From positions 1 to 64,000 of IMG/VR virus record IMGVR_UViG_3300049002_000006: DNA of 64,000 bases; one strand, given 5' to 3'. This stretch comes from a virus. The notes beneath the pieces are model-generated. The model searched no databases, was not told where the DNA came from, and was given only the letters and a program-made list of their open reading frames with translations. This document shows positions 46,712-56,737 of the stretch, in pieces (position 1 is the first letter of the stretch; each line of letters starts with the position of its first letter). A program made the position numbers and the translations under genes.

Positions 46712-47605
46712 TTACTCGAAGATGGATTGTTTGGCGTTCTTCCTTTGTGGCAGCAAGGACTTCATACCGTACCGGTCGCATAGTTTCCTGAAAGCCATCT
46801 TATCGAGTTTCGTCGGTCCGTCAACGATGCTCCGTTTGAAGTCATGGAGTGGAAAACCCTCGAACGGGATAGTCACCAGTCGCTTGAACAGCTTGAACTC
46901 CTCGGACTTGAAGAAGGCCCGGATCTTTTCAATCTTTACCGACCCGGGCTTTAGTTGGTTGCTGTAGAACAGACACGCGGTCGCTTCACCGATGCCCTTG
47001 CACCCTGGGATGTTGTCGGACGAGCATCCGGCCAGGGCTTTGACGGATTTCCACCTGACGGGCAGGACTCCTTTGGACGAGATGAAAGAGGATGCCGTGA
47101 CCATCTGTTCCTTGCTCGGGTGCCAGACCCCAACGTGGCCGTCGGCGAGTAATTGGTACATGTCCTCGTCGCCGCTGACGACCACAGCCTCGTCTAGTGG
47201 GTCCATCATTTTGCAGAATGCCCCGATCACGTCGTCGGCCTCGAACCCGTCATAGGCGTAGATGTTTTCGTAGCCGAGATTCGGCAGGATCTGTCTTCTC
47301 AGGGTCGTTGTTGTCGCCCGGACCTCTTCAAGCTGTTGAGTTAGTTCCGGATCGGCCTCGGCCCGGTCGCGGCGGGCTTGCTTGTACCCTGGGTAGATGT
47401 CGAGCCGCTTCGGCTTGCCGTGGTCGAAACAGAATACGAAGCGGTTGCTATTGAACTTCCTTTCTAGCGTTTGCAGGTCTCGCAGGAAGCCGAACATGAC
47501 ACCGGTCTTGACGTGTTCGTACTCCAACCCTTTCATGGCGTGATACGCACGGTAGGACAAATAGTTCACGTCCAGCAGAAGCCATACCTTTTTACTTCTG
47601 CTCAT
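46712..47605 (-). CDS. 5'-3' exonuclease/flap nuclease
   Basis: LLLD, YPGYK..R, EADDVI, SGDED, GCSSDNIPG..GIGE. Confidence 0.9.
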   Translation of the reverse strand: MSRSKKVWLLLDVNYLSYRAYHAMKGLEYEHVKTGVMFGFLRDLQTLERKFNSNRFVFCFDHGKPKRLDIYPGYKQARRDRAEADPELTQQLEEVRATTTTLRRQILPNLGYENIYAYDGFEADDVIGAFCKMMDPLDEAVVVSGDEDMYQLLADGHVGVWHPSKEQMVTASSFISSKGVLPVRWKSVKALAGCSSDNIPGCKGIGEATACLFYSNQLKPGSVKIEKIRAFFKSEEFKLFKRLVTIPFEGFPLHDFKRSIVDGPTKLDKMAFRKLCDRYGMKSLLPQRKNAKQSIFE

Positions 47606-47850
47606 GCTCCACTTCCTTTCATTCGCGTACCGGCAACCCTAGGTATAGGTTCTTCCGGCTTGAGGCAGATGACCAGAGTTGGCGGGCCGGCGAACTTCTT
47701 TTTACCGTCCACCTCTTCGACTAACGGAATAATGTTCCGTTCCGTTATCGTCAACCGACGGCCGTCGGGCAGGACGAATACGACTGGTGAATTGGCTGCC
47801 AGGTCTTTAGTCACGATCTGTCGGAACTCGGCAGCGGTTAAGATGCTCAT
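47602..47850 (-). CDS. hypothetical protein
   Basis: ATGA coupled. Confidence 0.55.
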   Translation of the reverse strand: MSILTAAEFRQIVTKDLAANSPVVFVLPDGRRLTITERNIIPLVEEVDGKKKFAGPPTLVICLKPEEPIPRVAGTRMKGSGA

Positions 47851-48611
47851 GGTCCCTCCCGTCCGTTGTCCACGAACGCCTTGTAGGTGATAGGCCATCC
47901 TTGTTTCAAGAAGTCTTCGACCATCCGAGCGGCGACCTCTATCTCGTGCAGTGGATAGCTGACGTGATTGGCCGTCTCGTCGTGCGTTCGGAGTGACAGG
48001 AAGGCCATCAGTGACCGTGGGTTGCATGTTACCCAGCAGGACGAGTAGATGCCGACGGGTAGGCAGTCGCGGGCGAGACCAGGGTCGAAACCCATGGACA
48101 GGTTATCCTCATAAATTCGGTAGCTGTGTTCGTAAGACGATTTTAGATTCTCGACCAACTGTCCATACTGTCTTTCGGTTTGTCCGTTGTCAGTGCTACC
48201 TAATAGTTCTTTTCGTTGTTCGATGGTCAAGAACTTCGGCCGCCCAGGTTTCCAGGAATCGACTTTGAACATCGCACGATCTTTGGACGGAACATAGAAG
48301 ACAGGATCGAGTTGCTTGTAACGCCCGCTCTCTTCGTTATAACTAAATCCAATTCGGTGCCGGTGCCACTCTCGCCACACGAATATTGGAGCATGGACGA
48401 AGAACGTGATGGCAGAATGCTCAAATACCGAACCGTGTCTGTGCTTCATCACGTAATTAATGAGTCCTGGAACCTTAGTCGGGTCGGCTTTTGCTTTTGT
48501 TAAAGCCTCTGCCCCGTTTGTGCTGACCCAGGCCGCTCCGGCGATGATGGCGTCCTCACCCATCGACTGGATGATTTTGACAGTAATTTCGGAAGTCAGT
48601 TTAATTTCCAT
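47847..48611 (-). CDS. thyX: flavin-dependent thymidylate synthase
   Basis: HGSVFEH, RHRIGFSYNEESGRY. Confidence 0.95.
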   Translation of the reverse strand: MEIKLTSEITVKIIQSMGEDAIIAGAAWVSTNGAEALTKAKADPTKVPGLINYVMKHRHGSVFEHSAITFFVHAPIFVWREWHRHRIGFSYNEESGRYKQLDPVFYVPSKDRAMFKVDSWKPGRPKFLTIEQRKELLGSTDNGQTERQYGQLVENLKSSYEHSYRIYEDNLSMGFDPGLARDCLPVGIYSSCWVTCNPRSLMAFLSLRTHDETANHVSYPLHEIEVAARMVEDFLKQGWPITYKAFVDNGREGP

Positions 48612-48873
48612 TTGATTCTTCCTGTTCTACTATGTGAATAGCTCGATCCAATGCGACACGAGCTTCCTTCAGGTCTTGTAGCTTGTTTCCCTTGCCACGA
48701 ATTCCGGCACACAAGACCTTTTTGGCGCAATGGTCAAGGGCCGGACTGGCAGTCGGGAATGCTTTCAGCACGCTATATACGTCTACTGTAATTGACGCAT
48801 GATCGTCCGGAAGGCATGAGAATATCGTCCTGTGGTATTTACTCTTTCCGTGGTCGTTCGGTTGTTCAGCCAT
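48601..48873 (-). CDS. DUF3310-like protein
   Basis: VDVYSVL.AF..H..KK.LCAG.RG..QDLKEA. Confidence 0.65.
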   Translation of the reverse strand: MAEQPNDHGKSKYHRTIFSCLPDDHASITVDVYSVLKAFPTASPALDHCAKKVLCAGIRGKGNKLQDLKEARVALDRAIHIVEQEESNGN

Positions 48874-49957
48874 ATCGATTTTTCCTTTTTACGATACACT
48901 GGTCTTCGATATCCCTCCAGGTCTTCGCTACGATTTGCTGGAGTTCGTCTTCTCTGCCTTGGAACTGGATCATTTCGACTAAGTCTTCCTTCGAACCTTT
49001 CGGAAAGTCGAACTCGGGGGCGATGACCTGATTCTCAGTGCCTTTCCAGTGTCCCTCGTCAATCAAGTAATTAATCATCCCGCCAATGTCGTCCACTCCG
49101 GCCGAATGATAGATCGGGATTTCCACCTGCCGCTTGCGGCCCGTCAACCTATTCTTCTTGACCTTGACGACGGCCCGAATGCCCAACTCCCGGAACTTGC
49201 CGTTGACCTTGCCGGGCGTCTTGATCGTCTCTTTCGTTCCGGTCCAGATGACTGTATGAGCGTAGAACTTCAACGCCTTTCCACCACTTACGGACTTCTT
49301 GTTGTCACCCATGAGCATCGGACTACCGCCTACCACGTCATGGAGTTGGGCGATGATGATGAGGATAGACTTGGACTTGGCGATTTGAGTGGTGGCTAAC
49401 ACCCGCAACCGGTTGGCGTTCATCTTCGCCTTAGCCGTCCCGTAACTGCCGGCCGCTTCTTCTTGTTCGCGACGGGCCTTCCTCTGTTTCTTGATCTTGG
49501 CGGCGTCCTCTCTCGGCAGCAGAGCGTCCATCGAGTCGAGGACTTTAATGAACGGACGACCGTCCTCAATATCCTCGTCCGTGCTGTCGTAGAAATCGTC
49601 CAGGAAAGACGAGTGGCGTTCCTCCACTCGCTTCGCCAAACTCGGGAAGAGTCGGCGAATGTCCATCAGGGCCGTACCGTATTCCGGGTCATCGTAGATT
49701 AGCCGGTAGTTTTTGAATTCAGGGTTGATACTCGCCTCGGCCAGAATGGAGCGAGCTATGACGCTCTTTCCCGAGTCTGAATCGCCGGCCGCGAGTAAGT
49801 ACGTGCCTTTGGCGATGCCCCCCGAAGGAGAGCCGCTGAGGGCCATGTTAAGGCAGGTCGAAGACGTTGACAGCAAGTCTTTGTCTTTGAGTTTTGAAGG
49901 ACGGTTTTTAACCTGCGGGGCCAGGAGTTGTTTACGAATCGTTTTGGTCTGAATCAT
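48866..49957 (-). CDS. RecA/UvsX-like recombinase
   Basis: GDSDSGKS, LDSMDAL, SGGKALKFYA, VKKNR. Confidence 0.9.
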   Translation of the reverse strand: MIQTKTIRKQLLAPQVKNRPSKLKDKDLLSTSSTCLNMALSGSPSGGIAKGTYLLAAGDSDSGKSVIARSILAEASINPEFKNYRLIYDDPEYGTALMDIRRLFPSLAKRVEERHSSFLDDFYDSTDEDIEDGRPFIKVLDSMDALLPREDAAKIKKQRKARREQEEAAGSYGTAKAKMNANRLRVLATTQIAKSKSILIIIAQLHDVVGGSPMLMGDNKKSVSGGKALKFYAHTVIWTGTKETIKTPGKVNGKFRELGIRAVVKVKKNRLTGRKRQVEIPIYHSAGVDDIGGMINYLIDEGHWKGTENQVIAPEFDFPKGSKEDLVEMIQFQGREDELQQIVAKTWRDIEDQCIVKRKNRYG

Positions 49958-50013
49958 GGTGACTCTAGAAGTGGAGCGAAGGGTCCCTCAATTTGAGGGA
50001 CCCTTCTAGATGA

Positions 50014-50412
50014 CTACCGAATCTTCTTCACACCGCCCGCACCGGACGATCCGGACTTCGCCCGCGCGGCCGCAGTCATACCTGACACGACACCTTCCGG
50101 CGGCGGAGGGGTTTCCTCTTCCCGGATGTCAAAGAAGCTGACGCCGAGATTGGTCGCCGGCAGCGGGGCCTCGAAACTCGGGGCCGTGATGGAAAAACCC
50201 ATCGACATCGTGGACTGTCCGTCCGCCCCGTACACGGTCACGTTGAACGACAAGGACGTGAACGGCTCGACCCGCTCGATGGTAAACTCGGACATCTCCG
50301 ACGGCAGTTCCCAGCTACTCGGGACGCCGTTGACCGTGTAGTCCAGGACCTGCTTCGTGACTTCGCCCGTCAGGGACCTGTTCCAAGTCAGCTTGGCCGA
50401 TGCTACCTTCAT
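50014..50412 (-). CDS. FN3-like beta protein
   Basis: KLTW..YTV..VTVY..PATNL. Confidence 0.55.
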   Translation of the reverse strand: MKVASAKLTWNRSLTGEVTKQVLDYTVNGVPSSWELPSEMSEFTIERVEPFTSLSFNVTVYGADGQSTMSMGFSITAPSFEAPLPATNLGVSFFDIREEETPPPPEGVVSGMTAAARAKSGSSGAGGVKKIR

Positions 50413-50439
50413 ACCACAACCCTCTTAGTGTTTTGGGCG

Positions 50440-50473
50440 AAAACGGCTAGACAGGAATCGCACCTGCCTAGCC
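50440..50473 (-). terminator. intrinsic terminator after SSB
   Basis: CGGCTAGGCAGG..CCTGTCTAGCCG TTTT. Confidence 0.7.
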
Positions 50474-50482
50474 GGGGACTAA

Positions 50483-51895
50483 CTACTTCTTCACGACCTT
50501 CTTTTTCTTGGTCGGGGCCGGCTCTTCGACCTTCTTCACTTTCTTCTTGGGCTTCTTCTCTTCTTCCTCTTCGACCTCTTCCTCGTCATCGAAGGACGGG
50601 CCGTCGTCTTCCATATCGAGGTCGTCGTCCTCGGTGTCTTCCGAAGCAGCGTCGTCCTCGTCCTCTTCTGGGAATGGCGAATCATCTTCTTCCTCGGCCT
50701 CTTCTTCGACTTCTTCCTCTTCGATCAGTTTGGTCAGGTCCTCCAGGCGAAGCTGGAGTGTCTTGCCCTTGCTCTTGCCCTCCGTGACCTTGACCGTCGC
50801 AACGCCCTTCTTGACCTCCTTGACGATGCCCTTACCGCCCTTAGAGACCTCCCACTCGACCTCGTCCTTCGGTTCGAGTTCTACTTCTTCGGACTCCTCG
50901 TCCGAATCATCCTCGGTTTCCTCTTCGCTGTCGTCAGTGTCTTCGGACTCTTCACTTTCTTCCTCGTCCTCGGAATCCCCACTATCAGCGTCTTCGTCCG
51001 AATCTGCTTCGCTGTCGTCATCGGCTTCCTCCTCTTCTTCGATTTCTTCCTCTACCTCTTCGTCGTCTTTCGGCTTCTTCTTTTTGTCGGCTTTCTTGTC
51101 CTTCTTTCCGTCAGCGGGCTTGTCTTCCTGGCCCTTCTTCGGTGTGGCCAGGAACAGATCCATCAACTCATCATACTCCAAAGCCCCTTGTTCGACCAGA
51201 TCATCGAGACACGGAGCGGTTTTGTACAGCTTCATGTCCAGGTCGTTCCGTTCCGCCGTTTCGATCTTGTCGGCCCGCAGGTAGGTAATCGATCCTCCGT
51301 CCGATGCGAAACTGTCTTTCACGAACCGGACCTTGAGTGTCCGACCTCCCTTCGGATGGAAGAACTTGTGGATCGGCGAATCCTCATCGGCCGATTCAAG
51401 TTCCGTCTTGAGCAGGGCTCCGAAGGACTTGTAATGAGCCGAGTCGAACAACTGGAGGCCGGCTTCTTTGTTCTGTCGGTCCCGGACGAGAAAAGCTTGC
51501 TGCACCTTGGGCTCTTGCTCCTTCAGAACGGCTTCGGAAACCCCGCTCCGGCGGGCCTTGGCAACCTCCTCACACACCGGACACGGCTTACCGAAGTTTT
51601 CCTTGAGGCAGACGACCTTTCTCTTCCTAGGTCCTACGTTCTTGTGGATCATGTACGTCCGCTCGAAGTGCCACGACCCTTCGTCGGCCTTCGGGTTGCC
51701 CTTACCGACCTTGAACGCGATGAAGTCGAGTTGGTAGACTTTCGCCTCTTTCGGTCGGAATACTGACATGCCTTCCGGGACCGCGATTGCCGGCGGCGAG
51801 GAGTCGTCGTACTGACTGGCCCACTTCTTGGTGTCTGTGAAGTTCATCACTTCTTCGGTCTTCTGGACTTTCTTCTTGTCGGCCATGCGAATCAT
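50483..51895 (-). CDS. gp32-like single-stranded DNA-binding protein with long acidic tail
   Basis: H..VG..C..FGKPCPVCE zinc motif; D/E-rich C-terminus. Confidence 0.75.
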   Translation of the reverse strand: MIRMADKKKVQKTEEVMNFTDTKKWASQYDDSSPPAIAVPEGMSVFRPKEAKVYQLDFIAFKVGKGNPKADEGSWHFERTYMIHKNVGPRKRKVVCLKENFGKPCPVCEEVAKARRSGVSEAVLKEQEPKVQQAFLVRDRQNKEAGLQLFDSAHYKSFGALLKTELESADEDSPIHKFFHPKGGRTLKVRFVKDSFASDGGSITYLRADKIETAERNDLDMKLYKTAPCLDDLVEQGALEYDELMDLFLATPKKGQEDKPADGKKDKKADKKKKPKDDEEVEEEIEEEEEADDDSEADSDEDADSGDSEDEEESEESEDTDDSEEETEDDSDEESEEVELEPKDEVEWEVSKGGKGIVKEVKKGVATVKVTEGKSKGKTLQLRLEDLTKLIEEEEVEEEAEEEDDSPFPEEDEDDAASEDTEDDDLDMEDDGPSFDDEEEVEEEEEKKPKKKVKKVEEPAPTKKKKVVKK

Positions 51896-52077
51896 TCCTT
51901 ATGGTCGGGCGATTTTAGGACCTTGTTGAGTTCCCGGTAATAAGACAGACGAGTCCCGAACCAGGCTTGGGCGATTGCCGACGTTACGGCGTATACGAGG
52001 ACGTATACGCTGATGACTCCGGCACACAATCCTGCCAATGACAGGACGGCAGCTAGAGCGTATTCCCAGGTCGTCAT
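51892..52077 (-). CDS. small membrane protein
   Basis: Hydrophobic, coupled. Confidence 0.55.
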   Translation of the reverse strand: MTTWEYALAAVLSLAGLCAGVISVYVLVYAVTSAIAQAWFGTRLSYYRELNKVLKSPDHKE

Positions 52078-52577
52078 TCCTCCATCCTGCCTTTCAGGTA
52101 CAGCTTCTTTTCCTTTTTGGTTTCGAGCCTCCTTTTCACTTTCCGGTCCTCTGACGAGTTTTGGGCAACTCTCACACGCGGTTCGGCAAAGTAGTCTCTG
52201 GCCTCTAACTTCACCAGATTTTCCAGGGCGGTCTTTCTTTGCTCGAACCCGTTCACTAGTGCTTCCAACATTTCGACTTTGTATTTTGCCTGGTTGTAGG
52301 CTTTTGTGGCCACTCGGACGCGTTTGTCTCTGGCGACGGCCGCTTCCGCCGTCTTCTCGGTCAACTTAGGAAGACGGTATCTAGTTGTCGGATTAGAATA
52401 CACGTCCAGTGTCACGTCGGCCCTGACCACTTCTAAAGCCGCCTTTCTCTCGTCCCTCCGAAACTTGGCCAGGGCTAACTGGACCGCTGCATTATGGAAC
52501 TGCTCTGCCTGGTCGAGCCATTCTTCGTCTAATTTATTCTGGTCAATCGCCAGAGGCGATGTTAGTTGTTCGGCCAT
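52074..52577 (-). CDS. UvsY-like recombination mediator
   Basis: ID..KLDEEW..KLTE....A..FEQRK.ALENLV helical pattern; context. Confidence 0.6.
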   Translation of the reverse strand: MAEQLTSPLAIDQNKLDEEWLDQAEQFHNAAVQLALAKFRRDERKAALEVVRADVTLDVYSNPTTRYRLPKLTEKTAEAAVARDKRVRVATKAYNQAKYKVEMLEALVNGFEQRKTALENLVKLEARDYFAEPRVRVAQNSSEDRKVKRRLETKKEKKLYLKGRMEE

Positions 52578-52590
52578 ACGTTTCCTTTAA

Positions 52591-52640
52591 CGTCTAGAAC
52601 GGCTTTAAACGGCCGATCATACGTCGGCCGGGCAAAATCA
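52591..52640. promoter_or_regulatory. conserved 50-bp intergenic element, copy 2
   Basis: 37/50 identity to 3043-3092. Confidence 0.7.
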
Positions 52641-52682
52641 TTGTCGCCGTAGCAAAGGCCGGGAAATCGACGTATACGCAAT

Positions 52683-53645
52683 CTATTTGCCCTTGCTCGA
52701 AAGGGCTTGCGATGCCTCAAAGGCTGCAAGAACGAGACCGGCTTTGGCCGTGTCGAACAGATTGAACTGAAAAAACCTCATGATTAGAGCCGCTTTGCCC
52801 GATGAATGATCCGCTTTCAAACAGATAGTCGAGGCGATGGTCATAACCGCCCGGCGAATGCCTTCCGGATCTTCATCGAACTTCTGGACTACAGGAGCGA
52901 CGTTCGGCCACGTCGGAATGATCTTGTCCCAGCCCATTAGTCTACGGAACAGAGCGAAGGCGTTGGAGTTTTCTTCTTCTATGGTAATGACTGAAGATTG
53001 TTCTTTGCTCGGAAGTTCTCGGACTTTATCGAGAATGACCAGAGCCTGCCGGGCCGACCCTCTACTGGCTTCCGCAATTTGCTTTAGCACGTCTTCGGAC
53101 ACTTTTGCCTTTTCGGCCTTGACCACCTTCTTCATCAAAGACACCAGATCGTCCTGACTGATCGACTGAAATCGAACCGTCGTGCATCTGGTTTTGATAG
53201 CGTCGATCACCTTAGACGGATCGGACGCGGCCAGGAAAAAGTAAACTCCTTTCGGAGTGTCTTCTAGAATCTTTAGGATGGCTTGCTGGGCGAAGCCGGC
53301 TTTCGACCACGCCTGAATCTCGTCCAGGTAATAGATTTTCGTTTTTCCGACTAACGGCTTCATGCCCATCTGCCGTTCGATCTTCCTGATCGTATCGATA
53401 GGACTGTCCACAATGGCGCAGTTGAGTTCCGTGTAGGCCGATTCAGAACATCCTAACATCTTTTTCAGAATCCTAGCTACCGTAGTCTTTCCAGTTCCGC
53501 TTGGGCCGGTGAGTAGAATTACTTGCGGTATTCGATTCTTGTTCGCCATAGACTGGAGGGCTTTCACGGCGGCCTGTTGGCCGGTCAATTCTGCCAAGGT
53601 CTTGGGCCGGTGCTTATGATATAGTCCGCCGGCTTCTTCTGCCAT
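52683..53645 (-). CDS. clamp loader AAA+ (DnaX/RFC-like)
   Basis: KHRP, GPSGTGKTT, LDE, LKILED, TRC, GSARQA. Confidence 0.9.
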   Translation of the reverse strand: MAEEAGGLYHKHRPKTLAELTGQQAAVKALQSMANKNRIPQVILLTGPSGTGKTTVARILKKMLGCSESAYTELNCAIVDSPIDTIRKIERQMGMKPLVGKTKIYYLDEIQAWSKAGFAQQAILKILEDTPKGVYFFLAASDPSKVIDAIKTRCTTVRFQSISQDDLVSLMKKVVKAEKAKVSEDVLKQIAEASRGSARQALVILDKVRELPSKEQSSVITIEEENSNAFALFRRLMGWDKIIPTWPNVAPVVQKFDEDPEGIRRAVMTIASTICLKADHSSGKAALIMRFFQFNLFDTAKAGLVLAAFEASQALSSKGK

Positions 53646-53833
53646 TACTTATGCTCCTTTGTCCAGTCCTTCTTATCGGTGAATACGAACACCGAATACT
53701 GACACTGCTTACACCTGGCCGCCTTGTCTAGTTCCGATTCGTTCGTGGCGTGACACGACGGACACGTCCAAGTGAATAGCCAGGTCTCTAACTCACGGTC
53801 GTAGCACCGGATTTGACCTTCGACACGTTTCAC
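53645..53833 (-). CDS. small zinc-ribbon protein
   Basis: CPSC..CKQC; GTGA coupled. Confidence 0.6.
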   Translation of the reverse strand: MKRVEGQIRCYDRELETWLFTWTCPSCHATNESELDKAARCKQCQYSVFVFTDKKDWTKEHK

Positions 53834-54126
53834 GGCCAGTCCTTGTAAAAGACGCCCCCGGCCTTCGTCGTCGGCTCGACAATCTCCAGGGCCGCCATGC
53901 CGGGCAAGTCGCGGAGAACGGCCCATATCTCACTCGGCTTGATCTTGTCGGCCGTGTCGCGCTCGACTTGTGCTAGTATCCGGAAAGTGTCGATGATGTC
54001 GGCATCCGGAATCATCTTGACTAAGTCGATCCAGGACGCCCGATTGACGTTCCGCCAGACCCGCATTTCGTACCCGAGGGCCTTGTACGGTCGAATGGTT
54101 TCGTAGGCGTCACCTTCGTGCTTCAC
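53830..54126 (-). CDS. hypothetical protein
   Basis: GTGA coupled. Confidence 0.55.
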   Translation of the reverse strand: MKHEGDAYETIRPYKALGYEMRVWRNVNRASWIDLVKMIPDADIIDTFRILAQVERDTADKIKPSEIWAVLRDLPGMAALEIVEPTTKAGGVFYKDWP

Positions 54127-54521
54127 TCCGGTTCCGGTACGGCGTAAGTCTTGCAGGACACTTTGGACTCTTGGGCCATCCGGATCATCTTTCCGGTGCT
54201 CTTGCACTTTCCATTCGTGAACGCCACTAGGTAGTCCGCTCGGCATATCATTTCCTCGTTCCGTTGTTTGGCCGGGTAGTCCTCGGCCGTGTGCCAGACT
54301 TGGACTAGATACCAGTTCCGCCCCGCCCACTTCATGACTAGTTTGTTCGTGCCGACACTCGACCGGATCATGATAATTGGGTCGGCCAGTTTCGACAGGG
54401 CGTGATCCAGTTTCTGTCTCAGGTAGCTGTACGTCGGCCCCGGCTCCTGGCTAATTACTATTACCTTCTTTCTCGTCTCTTCCGGCCACCTGATTGTCGG
54501 TGGTGAAGGTCTTTCGTTCAT
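54123..54521 (-). CDS. SLOG/DUF2493-like protein
   Basis: RNEEM..AD.LVAF..G..STG.MIRMA. Confidence 0.65.
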   Translation of the reverse strand: MNERPSPPTIRWPEETRKKVIVISQEPGPTYSYLRQKLDHALSKLADPIIMIRSSVGTNKLVMKWAGRNWYLVQVWHTAEDYPAKQRNEEMICRADYLVAFTNGKCKSTGKMIRMAQESKVSCKTYAVPEPE

Positions 54522-54705
54522 TGTCTTTACCGGTTTCTAGTGCGAGTTCCAATAGAGGGATGATACTTTCTTTTCCGCACGTCTCGACAATGTGAACTCC
54601 TTCTAGTCCGAATACTAGAGCGATGACAACGTGTTCTTCGATCGCTTCTTTGTCCAGGTCTTTAATCAAAGCTGACAGGGCTTTTGTGTATTCCTGATTT
54701 TTCAC
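54451..54705 (-). CDS. hypothetical protein
   Basis: GTGA coupled to pol. Confidence 0.5.
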   Translation of the reverse strand: MKNQEYTKALSALIKDLDKEAIEEHVVIALVFGLEGVHIVETCGKESIIPLLELALETGKDNERKTFTTDNQVAGRDEKEGNSN

Positions 54706-56111
54706 GCCGCGATCTCCATGGGGGCCTTCTCGTGCCACGACCTGCCCCGGGGGGCCACGTCCGCCTCGATTTCTAACGGGACGATAATCCAGCTGAAATG
54801 TTTACGGACTTCTTCGACCATTACTTTGTGACAGATCGCCAGCAGCTTCTTAACTTCGTCCTTGTGACAGTCGAACAGAATGGAATCGTGAATCTCTCCG
54901 ACCATCAAGCACCGTTTCAGCCCGGCCTTCTCTAACTCTTCCAGAATTCTGGGCATCGACCACAGGGCTAGATGGAAGGCCGACCCCTGGACCGGGATGT
55001 TGATGACTTGGTTGCGACGCATCGGGCTGTCACAACGAAACCCTGTCAGCAGGTCGAAGTAGCCACGTTCCAGATATTTATTATACCATTCCTTCTTCCA
55101 TTTCGAGTAGACGGCGAAGCGTTCGTTCCAGAACTTCTTCTCCACTTGCTTGATATGGTATTCAAACGTGCCGGGCCGCGGGTCGCAATCTTCGAGGCAC
55201 GCCCCCATAGATTTGATTCCGTTGCGAGCCAGGTGCTTTTCTAGAGGCACACCGCTATTGGTCGTGAGTTTGAGCTGGTCGATGGCGTGCCAAAGTGCTT
55301 TGGCACAGTCCACATAATAGCTTCCGTAGAACTGTGGGAAGACGTACTTGTTTTTTGCGCAATATCTGGAATCTTTGCTAACTTCTTCCTTACTAAGCAG
55401 GTAGCACTCCATCGCCATGTCTCGGTGCATATCCGTCGTCTTGTCTTTGATGTATTTCAACAGGACCGGGTCCTTGTTGTAGCACGCCGAGACCTTGACC
55501 TCGATTCCGCCGTAATCGACTTCAACGATACAGTGATCCGGATGGCGTGGCTTGTAGCATCGCCGAACCATCTCGGCCAGTTTCTTATTTCTTACCGGCT
55601 GGTTCTGGAAGTTAGGCCGGCTACATCCGGACCTGTGGCTGAGAGACAAATTGAGACTGTAGCCCGGATGCACGAACCCGTCGATCATTTCCCGCTTCAA
55701 GCCGTCGAGGTAAGTGGACTTGATCTTTAGGAGCTTTCGCAGGTCCTGGTATTTTTTCAGGAAAGGTAAGTCCGACGAGTCGAGTCTCGACAAGACCTCT
55801 TCTGTCATCTTCGGCTGGCCCGTCTTCGTCAACTCTCTCTGGTCGATCTTAAATCCGAGGACGCCGTACAGGAGCTTACCGAATTGGGGCAGGCTGTTCA
55901 GGTTGGCCTTCTGCCCGAAGCGCTTCTTCCATTCTAACCAGACAGGACTTCCTTTCAGAATGGCTTGCCTGATTTCAATCTTGTGGGCCATGCCCTTGAT
56001 CGCTGATTCCAGGTAGTCCACGTCTACGGCGACTCCATTAAACTCTATCTCGGCGAGAGCCCGTTGCCCACGATACAGGAGCTTGATCGCTTCTTTAGTA
56101 TTCGGTTTCAC
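54702..56111 (-). CDS. family A DNA polymerase, polymerase domain only
   Basis: PNFQNQP, motif A DYGGIE, motif B R..AK..F..FYG, QG, motif C IHDS. Confidence 0.9.
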   Translation of the reverse strand: MKPNTKEAIKLLYRGQRALAEIEFNGVAVDVDYLESAIKGMAHKIEIRQAILKGSPVWLEWKKRFGQKANLNSLPQFGKLLYGVLGFKIDQRELTKTGQPKMTEEVLSRLDSSDLPFLKKYQDLRKLLKIKSTYLDGLKREMIDGFVHPGYSLNLSLSHRSGCSRPNFQNQPVRNKKLAEMVRRCYKPRHPDHCIVEVDYGGIEVKVSACYNKDPVLLKYIKDKTTDMHRDMAMECYLLSKEEVSKDSRYCAKNKYVFPQFYGSYYVDCAKALWHAIDQLKLTTNSGVPLEKHLARNGIKSMGACLEDCDPRPGTFEYHIKQVEKKFWNERFAVYSKWKKEWYNKYLERGYFDLLTGFRCDSPMRRNQVINIPVQGSAFHLALWSMPRILEELEKAGLKRCLMVGEIHDSILFDCHKDEVKKLLAICHKVMVEEVRKHFSWIIVPLEIEADVAPRGRSWHEKAPMEIAA

Positions 56112-56734
56112 GAGAGTCGATTCCTGTGAAGGTGTTTATAGGTCTCGACCGCCGCTTTGATTTCGTTCCACTCCTTCGCAGACAGGGTCCTTCCTGTTTT
56201 CTGACTGCCCTGACGGTTGTTACCGCTTTTCGCGGTAAGTTCTATAAAGACCCGGTCGGACAGCATCTTGTCGATGTTCGCCACGAATCCGTTCGTGTTA
56301 TACGTGTTGAGGAATGTCTGCACGTCTGACATCTTTGCCATATTCGGAATACCGGACCTGGCCCGGATGTATGCCGGGTTATCAAGGATCTTGGTGACGA
56401 TCATCATGTCGATGGTGTCTGACGGGTTGTGTTCCTTTATGTTCTGCTTGACCTCACCGTTCGTCCTCTTGCCCTTGTCCGTCAAGGCGTACACTTTTGG
56501 CCGGACCTTATCCAGAAATCCTTGGTTGTGAAGTCCTCTTTCCCCCATGACGTAAGACAGGACTTTATTATTGTCAGGATGTTCTTCTTCGTATCCGCGA
56601 AGACCTAGCAGTTTTTTGTTGTGCTGCCAGCTAGTCACTACCAGTTGCTCGGCGGTGAACGTGAGTAGCCCTTGACTGGTCAGGAGTTTTGCAGCCGACA
56701 GGATGTTTTGCTTGATGGTAGTCGAGTCAGACAC
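56108..56734 (-). CDS. winged-helix-like hypothetical protein
   Basis: LGLRGY..HPD..YALT.KG. Confidence 0.55.
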   Translation of the reverse strand: MSDSTTIKQNILSAAKLLTSQGLLTFTAEQLVVTSWQHNKKLLGLRGYEEEHPDNNKVLSYVMGERGLHNQGFLDKVRPKVYALTDKGKRTNGEVKQNIKEHNPSDTIDMMIVTKILDNPAYIRARSGIPNMAKMSDVQTFLNTYNTNGFVANIDKMLSDRVFIELTAKSGNNRQGSQKTGRTLSAKEWNEIKAAVETYKHLHRNRLS

Positions 56735-56737
56735 TTA

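Noticed and set aside
50508-51284. Poly-Ser ORF
   Set aside because: Antisense of the acidic SSB tail
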